Shown: in pieces, positions 20,310-29,248 of the stretch
How positions within the stretch are numbered: the first letter of the stretch is position 1
Layout: each line of letters starts with the position of its first letter
Assembly (NCBI GenBank): GCA_049510745.1
Contig: JBEKYR010000008.1
Span: 192,001 to 256,000, forward strand
DNA length: 64,000 nucleotides
Direction: 5' to 3'
Origin: Verrucomicrobiota bacterium
GTDB lineage: Bacteria > Verrucomicrobiota > Verrucomicrobiia > Limisphaerales > Palsa-1400
Made by a program: the position numbers and the translations under genes
Notes under the pieces: generated by a model
Databases searched by the model: none
Told to the model about the DNA's origin: nothing
Seen by the model: only the letters and a program-made list of their open reading frames with translations

Positions 20310-20771
20310 CTATTCGGGTTCCTCGGATTCGCCCGTGTTCTCGTTGATCCGCTCCAGGGTCGCGCTCATGTCTTCGACCTGTTCGAAGAGAGAGGAGGAA
20401 ACGAAGATGGGCCGCTTTTGCGCGGTGGCCAGGGCCAGGCAATCGCTGGGACGGGCGTCAACCTCGACGATTTTGCGTCCCAACTCATTTTCCTGCTGCA
20501 AGATCAGACGGGCGTAAAAGGTCGCGTTTTTCAATTCGGTGATGACCACCCGCTCAATGGTGATGTTGAGGCCTTTAAAGATATTGTTCACCAAGTCGTG
20601 GGTCAGCGGCCGTTCCTTGTGCGTGTCGCGCAGAAACATGCCGATGACGACTCCCATGTTCGGTTCAACCTGGATGACGAACACCTTCCGCGCATTGCCC
20701 AAAAAAATCGCGCAGCCGCTATTCATCGGCAGGATCCCGCGAATTTCCACCGGCAAGACATCATTCTTCAT
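20310..20771 (-). CDS. Bifunctional nuclease family protein (DUF151)
   Basis: RPLTHDL, TFYARL, DARPSD. Confidence 0.92.
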   Translation of the reverse strand: MKNDVLPVEIRGILPMNSGCAIFLGNARKVFVIQVEPNMGVVIGMFLRDTHKERPLTHDLVNNIFKGLNITIERVVITELKNATFYARLILQQENELGRKIVEVDARPSDCLALATAQKRPIFVSSSLFEQVEDMSATLERINENTGESEEPE

Positions 20772-20968
20772 ACCCTCAGGTTAGACGTTTATGCCAAAAA
20801 CTCAAGCGGGCGTTGCGGATGCCCCGGAAACCCGGCCGGGGGCTGCCTTTGACCTTGACAGCAGCCGCGGCGGAAGGGAACGTGGGCACACTGGCGTTGT
20901 GCAGCGGCACTGAACCGCGGCGCGAAACAACAGAGTCGAGGCCGCCGACAGCGCCGGCCCAAAACAAC

Positions 20969-21298
20969 ATGCCCCGCGTTAAAACCGGCGAGTTAAAGGA
21001 AGGAATGGTCGTCGCCAAAGATGTCAAGAATATCGACGACATGCTCCTTCTGCCCGCCAAGGCCGTCCTGACCGGGCGGCAGATCGACATCCTCCAGGCC
21101 TGGGGCGTGGCGGAGCTTGAGGTGGAAGCGTCCGACCTGCTGGGGGACGCCGATCCGCTGGCCCGGCTGCCGCCGGAAGTGGCCGCCCAGTTGGCCGCCC
21201 AGATCAAGGCCCTGTTCTGGCAGGCGGATGATTCCAACCCTGTCTTCGCCGAGATTTTCAAGCTGATGCTCTGGCGCCGTGCGCGCAAAGAACCGTAA
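20969..21298 (+). CDS. Hypothetical protein of the type found upstream of HDOD/HD-GYP genes
   Basis: LKEGMVVAKDV...LQAWGV motif; 3 bp before the HDOD gene. Confidence 0.7.
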   Translation: MPRVKTGELKEGMVVAKDVKNIDDMLLLPAKAVLTGRQIDILQAWGVAELEVEASDLLGDADPLARLPPEVAAQLAAQIKALFWQADDSNPVFAEIFKLMLWRRARKEP

Positions 21299-21301
21299 GC
21301 C

Positions 21302-22156
21302 ATGAGGCTGCCCTCCATTACTGAATTGATCAGCGGCATTCCCTCCAGCCTCGGTTCCTGCGGCCCGGTGCTCAAGGAAATCGAAGCGGAATTGCAGTCG
21401 CCCCAGTGCAGCCTCAGCACGGTCGGGGAAGCGATCGAAAAGGACCCCGACCTGACCTCCCGCCTGCTGCGGTTGGGCAACAGTCCCTTTTACGGATACA
21501 GCACCCGGCTGACCAGCGTGGCCGAGGCCGTCAGTTTGATCGGGATTCGCCAGGTGCAGGACCTCCTTCTGGCCTCGAGCATCATTGAACGGTTCGCCGG
21601 CGTGCCGGAGAAATATGTGAGCATGGAATCGTTCTGGCGGCACAGCCTGGCTTGCGGGATTGCCGCCCGGCTGGTGGCCATGGAACGGCGGCTGCCCAAG
21701 CCGGACAAGTATTTCGTGGCGGGGCTGCTGCACGACGTGGGCCGATTGGTTCTCCTTGGGCAGGGCGCGCAGGCGGCCCATCAGGTGTTCCAACTTTGCC
21801 AGAAAGAACGGATGCTCCTGCGGGAAGCGGAAATGCGGGTGTTGGGCTTTGACCACCAGCAGATCGGCGGGGCCTTGCTCCGCCACTGGAGATACCCCAC
21901 CACCCTCATCGAGGCCGTCGCCTGCCATCATCAACCGGCCCTGGCGGAGCTGGGCCGCGAAGAAGCCGCCACCGTTCATTTCTGCGATCACCTGGTCAAC
22001 GCCATGCAGATCGGCTGTTCCGGCGAGCGTTATGTGCCGCCCCTGAACATGAAGGCGTGGGAGCGGCTCCATCTTCCGCTGGAGACGCTGCCCTCGATCG
22101 TCGGCGCCGTGGACGAACAGATCGAGGCGGTGATCGAGGTCTTTTTGAAGCATTGA
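21302..22156 (+). CDS. HDOD domain protein
   Basis: DPDLTSRLLRLGNS, FWRHS, GLLHDVG, HH motifs. Confidence 0.92.
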   Translation: MRLPSITELISGIPSSLGSCGPVLKEIEAELQSPQCSLSTVGEAIEKDPDLTSRLLRLGNSPFYGYSTRLTSVAEAVSLIGIRQVQDLLLASSIIERFAGVPEKYVSMESFWRHSLACGIAARLVAMERRLPKPDKYFVAGLLHDVGRLVLLGQGAQAAHQVFQLCQKERMLLREAEMRVLGFDHQQIGGALLRHWRYPTTLIEAVACHHQPALAELGREEAATVHFCDHLVNAMQIGCSGERYVPPLNMKAWERLHLPLETLPSIVGAVDEQIEAVIEVFLKH

Positions 22157-22159
22157 GGC

Positions 22160-22912
22160 ATGGAACCGCCGGGCGACATTTTTGATTCCATTTATCCCGA
22201 CATGCTCAAGACCGGCTTGGGAAAACTCGGGCTGCTGGATGCGCAACGGGAGTTGCTGGCGCTCTTTTCCGCCCTCGAACATTTCCGCCGCGACCTGCAC
22301 GCGCAGGAAAGCGCCGACGGCATCCTGCGCCTGAGCCAGCAGTATATCCAGGGCCTGAACCTGTTCCGCGCCGCCGGTTTCTGGCTGGTGTCTCCGGCGG
22401 AACTGAGCTTCGAGATTGCGTTGGCGTCGCCGGAATCGGAGCGGGAGCGGCTGGACGGGGTGGTGCGCGGGGAAATCCGCGCCGGCCGGTTTGCGTGGGC
22501 ATTGCGGCAAAGCGCGCCGGTCTTTTTCGCGGCGGGACCGCCCGAAAACCCGGAGCGCGGGCTGCTCCATGCGCTGGCGGTTTCCAGCCAGGTGGTCGGG
22601 ATGTTCTGCGGCCTCCTGCGGCGCGAACTGGCGCCGAACCAGGAAATCGTTTTCAGCCTGCTCTCGTTGCTTTTGGGCGGCAGCGCGGACGCCCTGGCCA
22701 CGTTGCGCAAGACAGCGAGTTTGACCAGCCAGATCAACACCTTGAGCGGGCTGCTGCCCGTCTGCTCGTGGTGCCGGAAGGTCCGCGATGATCGCGGGTA
22801 CTGGGAGCAGATCGAGAAGTATATCAGCAGCCGCACCGCGGCTTCGTTCACCCACGGGATTTGTCCGGAGTGCCGGCAGAAATGGCTGGAGGATCCAGGC
22901 GCCGGCTCGTGA
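22160..22912 (+). CDS. Signal-transduction-associated protein: GAF-like region plus C-terminal Cys-rich domain
   Basis: LSGLLPVCSWCRKVRDDRGYWEQIE...FTHGICPEC C-terminal motif. Confidence 0.7.
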   Translation: MEPPGDIFDSIYPDMLKTGLGKLGLLDAQRELLALFSALEHFRRDLHAQESADGILRLSQQYIQGLNLFRAAGFWLVSPAELSFEIALASPESERERLDGVVRGEIRAGRFAWALRQSAPVFFAAGPPENPERGLLHALAVSSQVVGMFCGLLRRELAPNQEIVFSLLSLLLGGSADALATLRKTASLTSQINTLSGLLPVCSWCRKVRDDRGYWEQIEKYISSRTAASFTHGICPECRQKWLEDPGAGS

Positions 22913-23089
22913 GGTTCTCGCGCGGAGGCCGAAGAAAAAAACTGTTTCTTTTTCCCTCTCCGCGCCTTGCGCGAGCATTCCCGCTCGGAGCGTTTTCACA
23001 CAGCGGAAACGATTCATTCCCAGATCGGCACGAGACGAAGAATTTTATCCTGCACCCGATGGTTTAGACTTGTCCGATTTCAATTTGCG

Positions 23090-23353
23090 TCAAATCGTTG
23101 AAGTCATTTTTGCTGAAGACCGGACATCCCTGTCTGCGCGGAGGGCGGCGCGGATGGCGTCCCGGCTGACTTTGACCGGCAACATCAGAAAACCTTCCCG
23201 CGTGCGGATGGGCTTTACTACAGGAACTTCCTTTTCCACCAATTGCACCACGCGCACACTTCCATCCGGCTGGCGGGAGGCGTCAAACGCGGTGCGCGGC
23301 GGAAATAAATCAGCGGAGCAGATGCGGCCATTTTTATCAGCAACCAATTTCAT
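23090..23353 (-). CDS. AbrB-like putative antitoxin
   Basis: MKLVADKNGRI swapped-hairpin-like start; small size. Confidence 0.45.
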   Translation of the reverse strand: MKLVADKNGRICSADLFPPRTAFDASRQPDGSVRVVQLVEKEVPVVKPIRTREGFLMLPVKVSRDAIRAALRADRDVRSSAKMTSTI

Positions 23354-23461
23354 AATGGGATTATCCCATAAGCCGGAGCAGTTTCAAGGGCATTTTCCAA
23401 AGCTGTTTTCCCGCCCGGGGGCGTCACAAAGGGCAAACCCGGCAGGCCAACCTTCCGAGGT

Positions 23462-23728
23462 TCAAATCGAGGCCGGTTTGTCGGAAGCGCGCAGGTGCCG
23501 GCGGCACCTGAGAATGACGGCTTTCTGGAATACATGAAACTCCGGCTTGGGCGGCGCCAACCGATCATAGCGGTTTGCGATTTCCTGGTGGAATACGCGC
23601 TCCGCTTGGTCGCGTTCGGCTGAGAATGGATCGAGGGCGTGCGCGAACTTGTCATAGAGTTGGGCCAGGCTCGCAATCTGCTCCCGGGAGATGGCCTCTA
23701 CGAGTGCATCTGGTGGAGGCGTTGGCAT
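23462..23728 (-). CDS. Hypothetical protein
   Basis: Plausible helical ORF overlapping the end of the upstream ORF. Confidence 0.55.
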   Translation of the reverse strand: MPTPPPDALVEAISREQIASLAQLYDKFAHALDPFSAERDQAERVFHQEIANRYDRLAPPKPEFHVFQKAVILRCRRHLRASDKPASI

Positions 23729-24057
23729 CTGTTTCTCAAGTCGAGCACCCGGTCGTAGAAAAACGCCGCGCCGCAATCGGGGTGGGCGAGCGACAACTGG
23801 TGGAGCCGTTTGGCGAATTCATCGCATTGGGAAACCATCGTACCCCACCATCCCGCGACCTTTGCCAAGTCCTCCTCGCGGCGCGCGAACTGGACCACGA
23901 ACTTGTAGATGGTCAGCAGTTGGGCCTCCAGTCGCGCGGCAGCATCGTTAAACGGCACACAAACGTCTTGCGGCAGGGTCGCCACTTCCTGGTCAAATGC
24001 GGCCAGCGTTGACTCGGCCAATACCTTGACATCCGATTCGGTTAGACATTCTGTCAT
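23698..24057 (-). CDS. Hypothetical protein
   Basis: 119-aa helical ORF with normal composition. Confidence 0.6.
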   Translation of the reverse strand: MTECLTESDVKVLAESTLAAFDQEVATLPQDVCVPFNDAAARLEAQLLTIYKFVVQFARREEDLAKVAGWWGTMVSQCDEFAKRLHQLSLAHPDCGAAFFYDRVLDLRNRCQRLHQMHS

Positions 24058-24174
24058 CGCGGCACAAGCCTATTCAAGAAACCCAAGCGTGTAAAGCTCG
24101 CAACGCGCTCCCCGAAATCAACCGCATGCTTCCGTAAGTGCCATCAGTACCCCATCCACGGGGGTTGAGGCGAC

Positions 24175-24735
24175 TCAACGTTTCAATAATTCGGCAACAT
24201 CGACGATGGCGTCCGGGAAGCGGGCGGGGCTGGCCTGGTCTCCGGCGTTTAGGATTTTAGACGAGCCGTAGCCGGTGAAATGCGGCTCGCGATAAACCTC
24301 CAGCGTCCCATTGACCAAATTCACGATCCACACCTCCGCGATGCCGGCGCGTCCGTAAGCCGGCAGCTTCACTTCACGGTCGGACTCCAGCGTCGAGTCA
24401 GACACTTCGATGAGCAGGAAGACGTCTTCGGGTCCGGGGTGGCGGCTGGTGTAATCGTCCGCCGCCGGATTGAGCAGCATCAAATCGGGCTGCGGCTCGG
24501 AATAGTCATCCAGATGAACAGGGTTTCGCACCGACAGCAACCAGCGATCCTTTGATAACGGGGTGAAAAGACGGTTGAGCCGTCTAACGATACCGCCATG
24601 ATATGGGCTAATTCGTGGTGTATCGATGATTTGGCCGTCGAGCAGTTCCACGCGGGCGCCCGGGCGGAGCACGCCGGTTTCACCCATGCGGTAATACTCC
24701 TTGACGCTAAAACGATGCCGGGGCTGCATCGGCAT
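24175..24735 (-). CDS. Uma2 family (DUF820) endonuclease-like protein
   Basis: VELLDG, SEPQPD, LLIEVSDS, YGRAGIAEVWIV. Confidence 0.92.
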   Translation of the reverse strand: MPMQPRHRFSVKEYYRMGETGVLRPGARVELLDGQIIDTPRISPYHGGIVRRLNRLFTPLSKDRWLLSVRNPVHLDDYSEPQPDLMLLNPAADDYTSRHPGPEDVFLLIEVSDSTLESDREVKLPAYGRAGIAEVWIVNLVNGTLEVYREPHFTGYGSSKILNAGDQASPARFPDAIVDVAELLKR

Positions 24736-24738
24736 GGG

Positions 24739-25911
24739 CTAAATCTTCCCGTAAAACTCTTCGACCACGGCGCGGAAATTGTTCTCGGCCACGTTGATGA
24801 TTTTCATCTCGCGCTCGGCGCTTTCCACCGAATCGCTGGCGTGGGCGGCGTTGACCATGATGGTGGAGCCGAACTCGCGGCGCACGGAACCGGGCGGCGC
24901 TTTGGAAGGATCGGTCGGCCCCAGCACGTCGCGAATTTTCCCGATGGCCGCGACTCCTTCGTAAATGAGCGCGATACACTTTTCGGTGCCGGGCTGGGTT
25001 AACAGGGCCGGGTCGCACTCGGCGGGGGAGCGGCCGGACATGAATTTGACGATGTTCTCAAACTGGTTGTCGCCAAAAGAGGGTCCGAGGATTTCCCCGA
25101 GTTGTTTCTCGTCCCCCGGCGGCACCTTGAAACCGAATTCCTTTTCCAAGGCCGCCTTGGCGCGGGCGGCGACGACGTCTTTGAGCTTGGTGCGCAAGAC
25201 CTCGCGGACGGGGCTGTAAAACTCGGAGGCCTCGGCCACACTCATGCGATGGACTTTGATGCCGACAATGAAAAGACCGGTGCGCGAAAGGAAATCAATG
25301 ACGTTGCCGGGCCGCCCGGTGGCGAAGCGGAAATTGTCCGGCTTGATGAGGACCAGGGTGCGCTGGGGCGTTTCGCCCGGCCCATAGGCCAGCGTGCCGT
25401 TGACAATGCCGCCGTCGGAATCCGAGTAGCGGGCCCAGAGTTTGAGTTTCAGGCCCGCTTCTTCCGGCATGGGCGAGGCCAGCACGGCCGGCTCGAAATA
25501 GCGCACCTGGTCGTGTTCGTCCATGACGAGGTCGCCGTAGGTGTCGCGGATGGTCTCGCCCCCGTGGCGGCCGGGGGCGATGTTGCCGATGACGGAGCGG
25601 GTTTTGCGCACGGCTTCCTCGCCGCGGAACAAGAGCATCATGACGCGGCGGTGCCGCTTGCTCTTCGGGTCCGGGGCCAGATTGCGCAGGATGTAGTCGC
25701 GGATCAATTCCTGGACGCGGCGGTCTTGCGGATCGGCGGCGGAAATGATGAGGTCTGAGTATTGCTGGACCAGCTCGGCGCTGGGGGCGAACATGCGCGC
25801 CGCCACCAATTCCAGTCCGGTGCGGGTGATCAAACGCGCCAGGATGCCGCCGGTGCGCGATTTGTGCAGCGTGTAGGGGGTGATGATGACGTAGGCCAGT
25901 TGTTGCGCCAT
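24739..25911 (-). CDS. ndk: Two-domain nucleoside-diphosphate kinase
   Basis: TLVLIKPD, LGPTDP, PGSVR and NAAHASDS in the C-terminal domain; degenerate N-terminal NDK repeat. Confidence 0.85.
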   Translation of the reverse strand: MAQQLAYVIITPYTLHKSRTGGILARLITRTGLELVAARMFAPSAELVQQYSDLIISAADPQDRRVQELIRDYILRNLAPDPKSKRHRRVMMLLFRGEEAVRKTRSVIGNIAPGRHGGETIRDTYGDLVMDEHDQVRYFEPAVLASPMPEEAGLKLKLWARYSDSDGGIVNGTLAYGPGETPQRTLVLIKPDNFRFATGRPGNVIDFLSRTGLFIVGIKVHRMSVAEASEFYSPVREVLRTKLKDVVAARAKAALEKEFGFKVPPGDEKQLGEILGPSFGDNQFENIVKFMSGRSPAECDPALLTQPGTEKCIALIYEGVAAIGKIRDVLGPTDPSKAPPGSVRREFGSTIMVNAAHASDSVESAEREMKIINVAENNFRAVVEEFYGKI

Positions 25912-25918
25912 AGGGAAG

Positions 25919-26116
25919 TCAGCTTGGCTGGTTGGTGGGCTTGGAAGCAGTGGCTGTCGTCGCGGACGCTTTGCTGCCGCCAAGGATTTTGAACATCACC
26001 ACGCCGCAAGTCGGACACTTGCCCTTGATCGCTTTGCGCCCATTCTTCATCGTCTCTTCAACGGCCTCGGCAATTTCTTTTTTTGCTTTGCACTTAAAAC
26101 AATATCCTTCAGCCAT
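25919..26116 (-). CDS. Small zinc-ribbon protein (DUF5679-like)
   Basis: YCFKCK...MKNGR..KGKCPTCG. Confidence 0.8.
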   Translation of the reverse strand: MAEGYCFKCKAKKEIAEAVEETMKNGRKAIKGKCPTCGVVMFKILGGSKASATTATASKPTNQPS

Positions 26117-26275
26117 AAAATCGGACTCGACAAGACGCTTCAAGCAGTCCCGTCGCAGTGCCGGCAGTGTAAAGGTTAGACCTTGCAACCGTCAACTCGT
26201 AAAAGTCCGCCTGATATGTAAGTCCTTCTTAAATAAGATGATATGCTGGGACGGCTTTTCGTCAAAAGAACGCGG

Positions 26276-27760
26276 CTACGGGGCTTTCGAGGCGATTTTG
26301 CGCAGTTCCGTTTTCAGGATCTTGCCCGTCGCGTTATGCGGCAGGGCGGACACAAAAACCACGCGCCGGGGAATTTTGTAGTCGGCCAATCGCTCGCGCG
26401 CGAAGGCCAGCAGCGGCCCCTCCTCCAGTTGGACGCCCTCGTGCGGCGCGACAAACGCCAGCGGCTGCTCTCCGCGCCGCGCGTCGGGCACGCCGATGAC
26501 GGCGGCTTCCCTGACTCCGGGATATTTGTAGAGGATTTCCTCAATCTCGCGGGGATAGACGTTGATGCCGTTGACCAGGAGCATGTCCTTCTTGCGGTCG
26601 GTGATGTAGAAGTAACCGTCGGCGTCACTGTGGCCGATGTCGCCGGTCAAGAGCCAGCCGTTGCGCAGGACGTGGGCTGTGGCGGCGGGCTGATTCCAGT
26701 AGCCCTGCATGACGTTGGGGCCGCGCACACAGACTTCGCCCGTCTGCCCTGGCGGCAGCATCTCCCCGGCCTCGTTCTGAATGGTGACCTCGACGTTGGC
26801 AATGGGTTTGCCAATCGATCCCGCCTTCCACGGGCCGCGAATGGGCTGAAAGGAAACGACCGGACTGGCCTCGCTCAAGCCGTAGCCTTCGAGCAGCGGA
26901 ATGGGAAAGCAGGCGGTGAATTCCCGCAGCGTTTCGGCCGGCAACGGCGCGCCGCCGCTGATGCACAGGCGCAACGGAAAGGCGGGCGGCACCGCGCTGC
27001 GCGCCAGGGCGCGAAAGAATTGCGGCACGGCCGGCAGCAACGTGGCCTGATGCTGGAGGATTTCCAGGAGGACATTCTTGGGCGGATGCAGCGTTTTAAT
27101 GAGAACCATTGAGCCGCCGACCAGCATCGGCAGCAGCAGGCCGACCGTCAGCATGAAACTATGAAACAGGGGCAGGACCACGACAAACCGATCCGTCCCC
27201 ACCGCTTCGAGCGCCACGCGGCAACTCTGCACGTTGGCCAGCAGATTGCCGTGGGAGAGCATCGCCCCCTTGGGATGGCCGGTGGTGCCCGATGTGTAAA
27301 CGAGCACCGCCAGGTCCGCCTCGGTCAAATCGGAAGGGGCCGCCGCGCCGGCGTCCTCCAGCCGGCCAAAGGAGCTGGCGCGGAGCGATTTCAATTCGGG
27401 GCGCCCGGCCGCCAATTTTGCCAAACCCTCATCCATCGTTTCATCCACAATCAGAACATTGATGCCGGCATCGGCGAGAATGAAGCTGACTTCAGCCGGC
27501 TTGAGAAAATTGTTGATCGGCACCGCCACCGCGCCCGCCTGTAAAATGCCGAAGAGCGCCGGGACAAATTCCGGGCAATTCCTGAGCCAGATTCCGACCC
27601 GGTCGCCGCGCCGGACGCCGAAGCCAGCGCGCAACCGTTCCGCCACCCAGAGGGACTGCGACCAGAGATCGAGGTAAGAGAAGCGGGCGTCGCCCCAAAA
27701 GAGGGCGGTCTTGGCGGGATCGCCGCGGGCGTTGGAAGCGAAAGCGAGTGCCAGGTTCAT
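26276..27760 (-). CDS. Long-chain fatty acid--CoA ligase
   Basis: YTSGTTGHPKG, EGYGLSE, TGDIG, ATGKILK. Confidence 0.92.
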   Translation of the reverse strand: MNLALAFASNARGDPAKTALFWGDARFSYLDLWSQSLWVAERLRAGFGVRRGDRVGIWLRNCPEFVPALFGILQAGAVAVPINNFLKPAEVSFILADAGINVLIVDETMDEGLAKLAAGRPELKSLRASSFGRLEDAGAAAPSDLTEADLAVLVYTSGTTGHPKGAMLSHGNLLANVQSCRVALEAVGTDRFVVVLPLFHSFMLTVGLLLPMLVGGSMVLIKTLHPPKNVLLEILQHQATLLPAVPQFFRALARSAVPPAFPLRLCISGGAPLPAETLREFTACFPIPLLEGYGLSEASPVVSFQPIRGPWKAGSIGKPIANVEVTIQNEAGEMLPPGQTGEVCVRGPNVMQGYWNQPAATAHVLRNGWLLTGDIGHSDADGYFYITDRKKDMLLVNGINVYPREIEEILYKYPGVREAAVIGVPDARRGEQPLAFVAPHEGVQLEEGPLLAFARERLADYKIPRRVVFVSALPHNATGKILKTELRKIASKAP

Positions 27761-27920
27761 TGAAGTTCCGAATGTTCCCAAGGGGGCCGGAGAAGCGCAA
27801 GGTTGAAAGGGTCGAAATATCAGGGTAGGGGCCGCTTTGGTTTGCTTTGCCTGATCTTGGGTTGTGGGCTACTTTGAATTTCCGCTGGCACGTTGACCGC
27901 AAAAGCGGCACGTTGCCAGC

Positions 27921-28052
27921 ATGATTAAACCGAAGAAGAAGCGCAAGGGAGATGCGGCCCAAGTCGCTTAAAGCGTCATGCAGGAGGTTATCCGAATGAG
28001 CAATAAGCCCATTGTCGCCCCGCCCGCCACAAAGCCCAAGAAAAAGCGGTAA
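27921..28052 (+). pseudogene. Small basic ORF with internal TAA
   Basis: MIKPKKKRKGDAAQVA*SVMQEVIRMSNKPIVAPPATKPKKKR*, starting ~40 bp inside the left IR. Confidence 0.4.
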
Positions 28053-28099
28053 TTTTCGGGCTTTCTTCATGGGCGGAATTGGGGCTTTATGCGGTGATT

Positions 28100-28699
28100 A
28101 TGCCGAAACCGCAACCGAAGCGCTCCAAGGTCAAAAAGGACACCCCAACGCGTAGGCTTAAATTTGCTGGTCAAATCAGGGAGTGGGCCAAAAAAGATAT
28201 TGTGACCGCAACATTTTTCGCGCAAAGAGGGAGAATATTCAGCGACATGGAATTGGCATTGGTGTGTTATTACTTCATCTGGGATAAATTTAAAGTCCTG
28301 CAATCCGGTCAAAATCCAATCGAACAAGGAATTTTGGGGGAACTATGGACAAAGGAGGTGTCGGACGCATACTCAAAAAACATTTCGCAACTTTTTGCCC
28401 AAGATCGAAGAAAACTATGCGGGATATTCTTGAATGCAGTGGAAAACCGCGATGCTGGAAAGATTTTAGAGATTGCCAAGGCGGTCAAATTCTTAAAGAC
28501 ATTCAAAGAGAATAGCGACCATTGCCGGGCTGGCATCTTGGGTTTGAAAAGTGTACTGGATAAAAATAACCGAAAAATGCCAATCAGCGAACTGGCGCGG
28601 GCGGTCAAATGGCCTGCAAGTGACGCAAAGCACGGATTTTGGAGACTTCGCAGAATCGCCAAGGAATTGAATTTCCCGCTGGAGCCTCAACACAAATAA
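28100..28699 (+). CDS. Hypothetical basic protein with possible C-terminal HTH
   Basis: 199-aa AT-rich ORF; MPISELARAVKW helix pattern. Confidence 0.6.
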   Translation: MPKPQPKRSKVKKDTPTRRLKFAGQIREWAKKDIVTATFFAQRGRIFSDMELALVCYYFIWDKFKVLQSGQNPIEQGILGELWTKEVSDAYSKNISQLFAQDRRKLCGIFLNAVENRDAGKILEIAKAVKFLKTFKENSDHCRAGILGLKSVLDKNNRKMPISELARAVKWPASDAKHGFWRLRRIAKELNFPLEPQHK

Positions 28700-28996
28700 G
28701 GCCGTGCAAACCGCGATAATGTGTTGAGTGTGTTTCAACTTCATAGGGTAAATTCCCCTCACGGAACTGCAATTCCGCAATAGGCGCATGTAATTTAGAA
28801 ACCGCTTTGTGTCCAATGCCCGCGCCGGGTGTTTTGCAGTTGGATGCGAGGCGGTTTTCGTTTTTGCGATTATGAAATTAAAACGGTCGCGCTTGCGTAG
28901 CCATTAAGGGCGGATACGTGGAGCGCGGACAAATGGGCACGGCCCGCTTGGTGATTCTTTGGCAAGACAACCAAGCGGGCCGCAAACGTAATGAAT

Positions 28997-29092
28997 GGGG
29001 CCAGTCCCCTTTGGCTGGACGCCGTAACGCGGGTTTAGACCGCTAGGGGCATTGTGTAATGCAATGGGGTTCGACTCCCACTGGTTCCACCA
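28997..29092 (+). ncRNA. tRNA-like RNA, 9/3 (allo-tRNA-like) fold, encoded CCA
   Basis: GGGGCCAGT pairs with ACTGGTTCC (9 bp) followed by A-CCA; T-arm GGG-TTCGACT-CCC; long arm CATTGT/GCAATG; hairpin GCGG-GTTTAGA-CCGC. Confidence 0.75.
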
Positions 29093-29248
29093 TTTACGCG
29101 GATACAGAACCACAGTCTGCCGCTGAAAGCAAGACTTTTCTGGCCCATTTCGACTGCGACAGGCCAGATTTGACGATTGTCGCATCAATTGTTTTGCGCT
29201 CGCCAGCCGTGAACCGGAGTTTTATGGCGTGCAAACAGGACAACATAC

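Noticed and set aside
28886..29092. tmRNA (ssrA)
   Set aside because: Only 96 nt between the pairing 5' and 3' ends; no GAUUCGA D-loop motif and no tag reading frame or pseudoknot region
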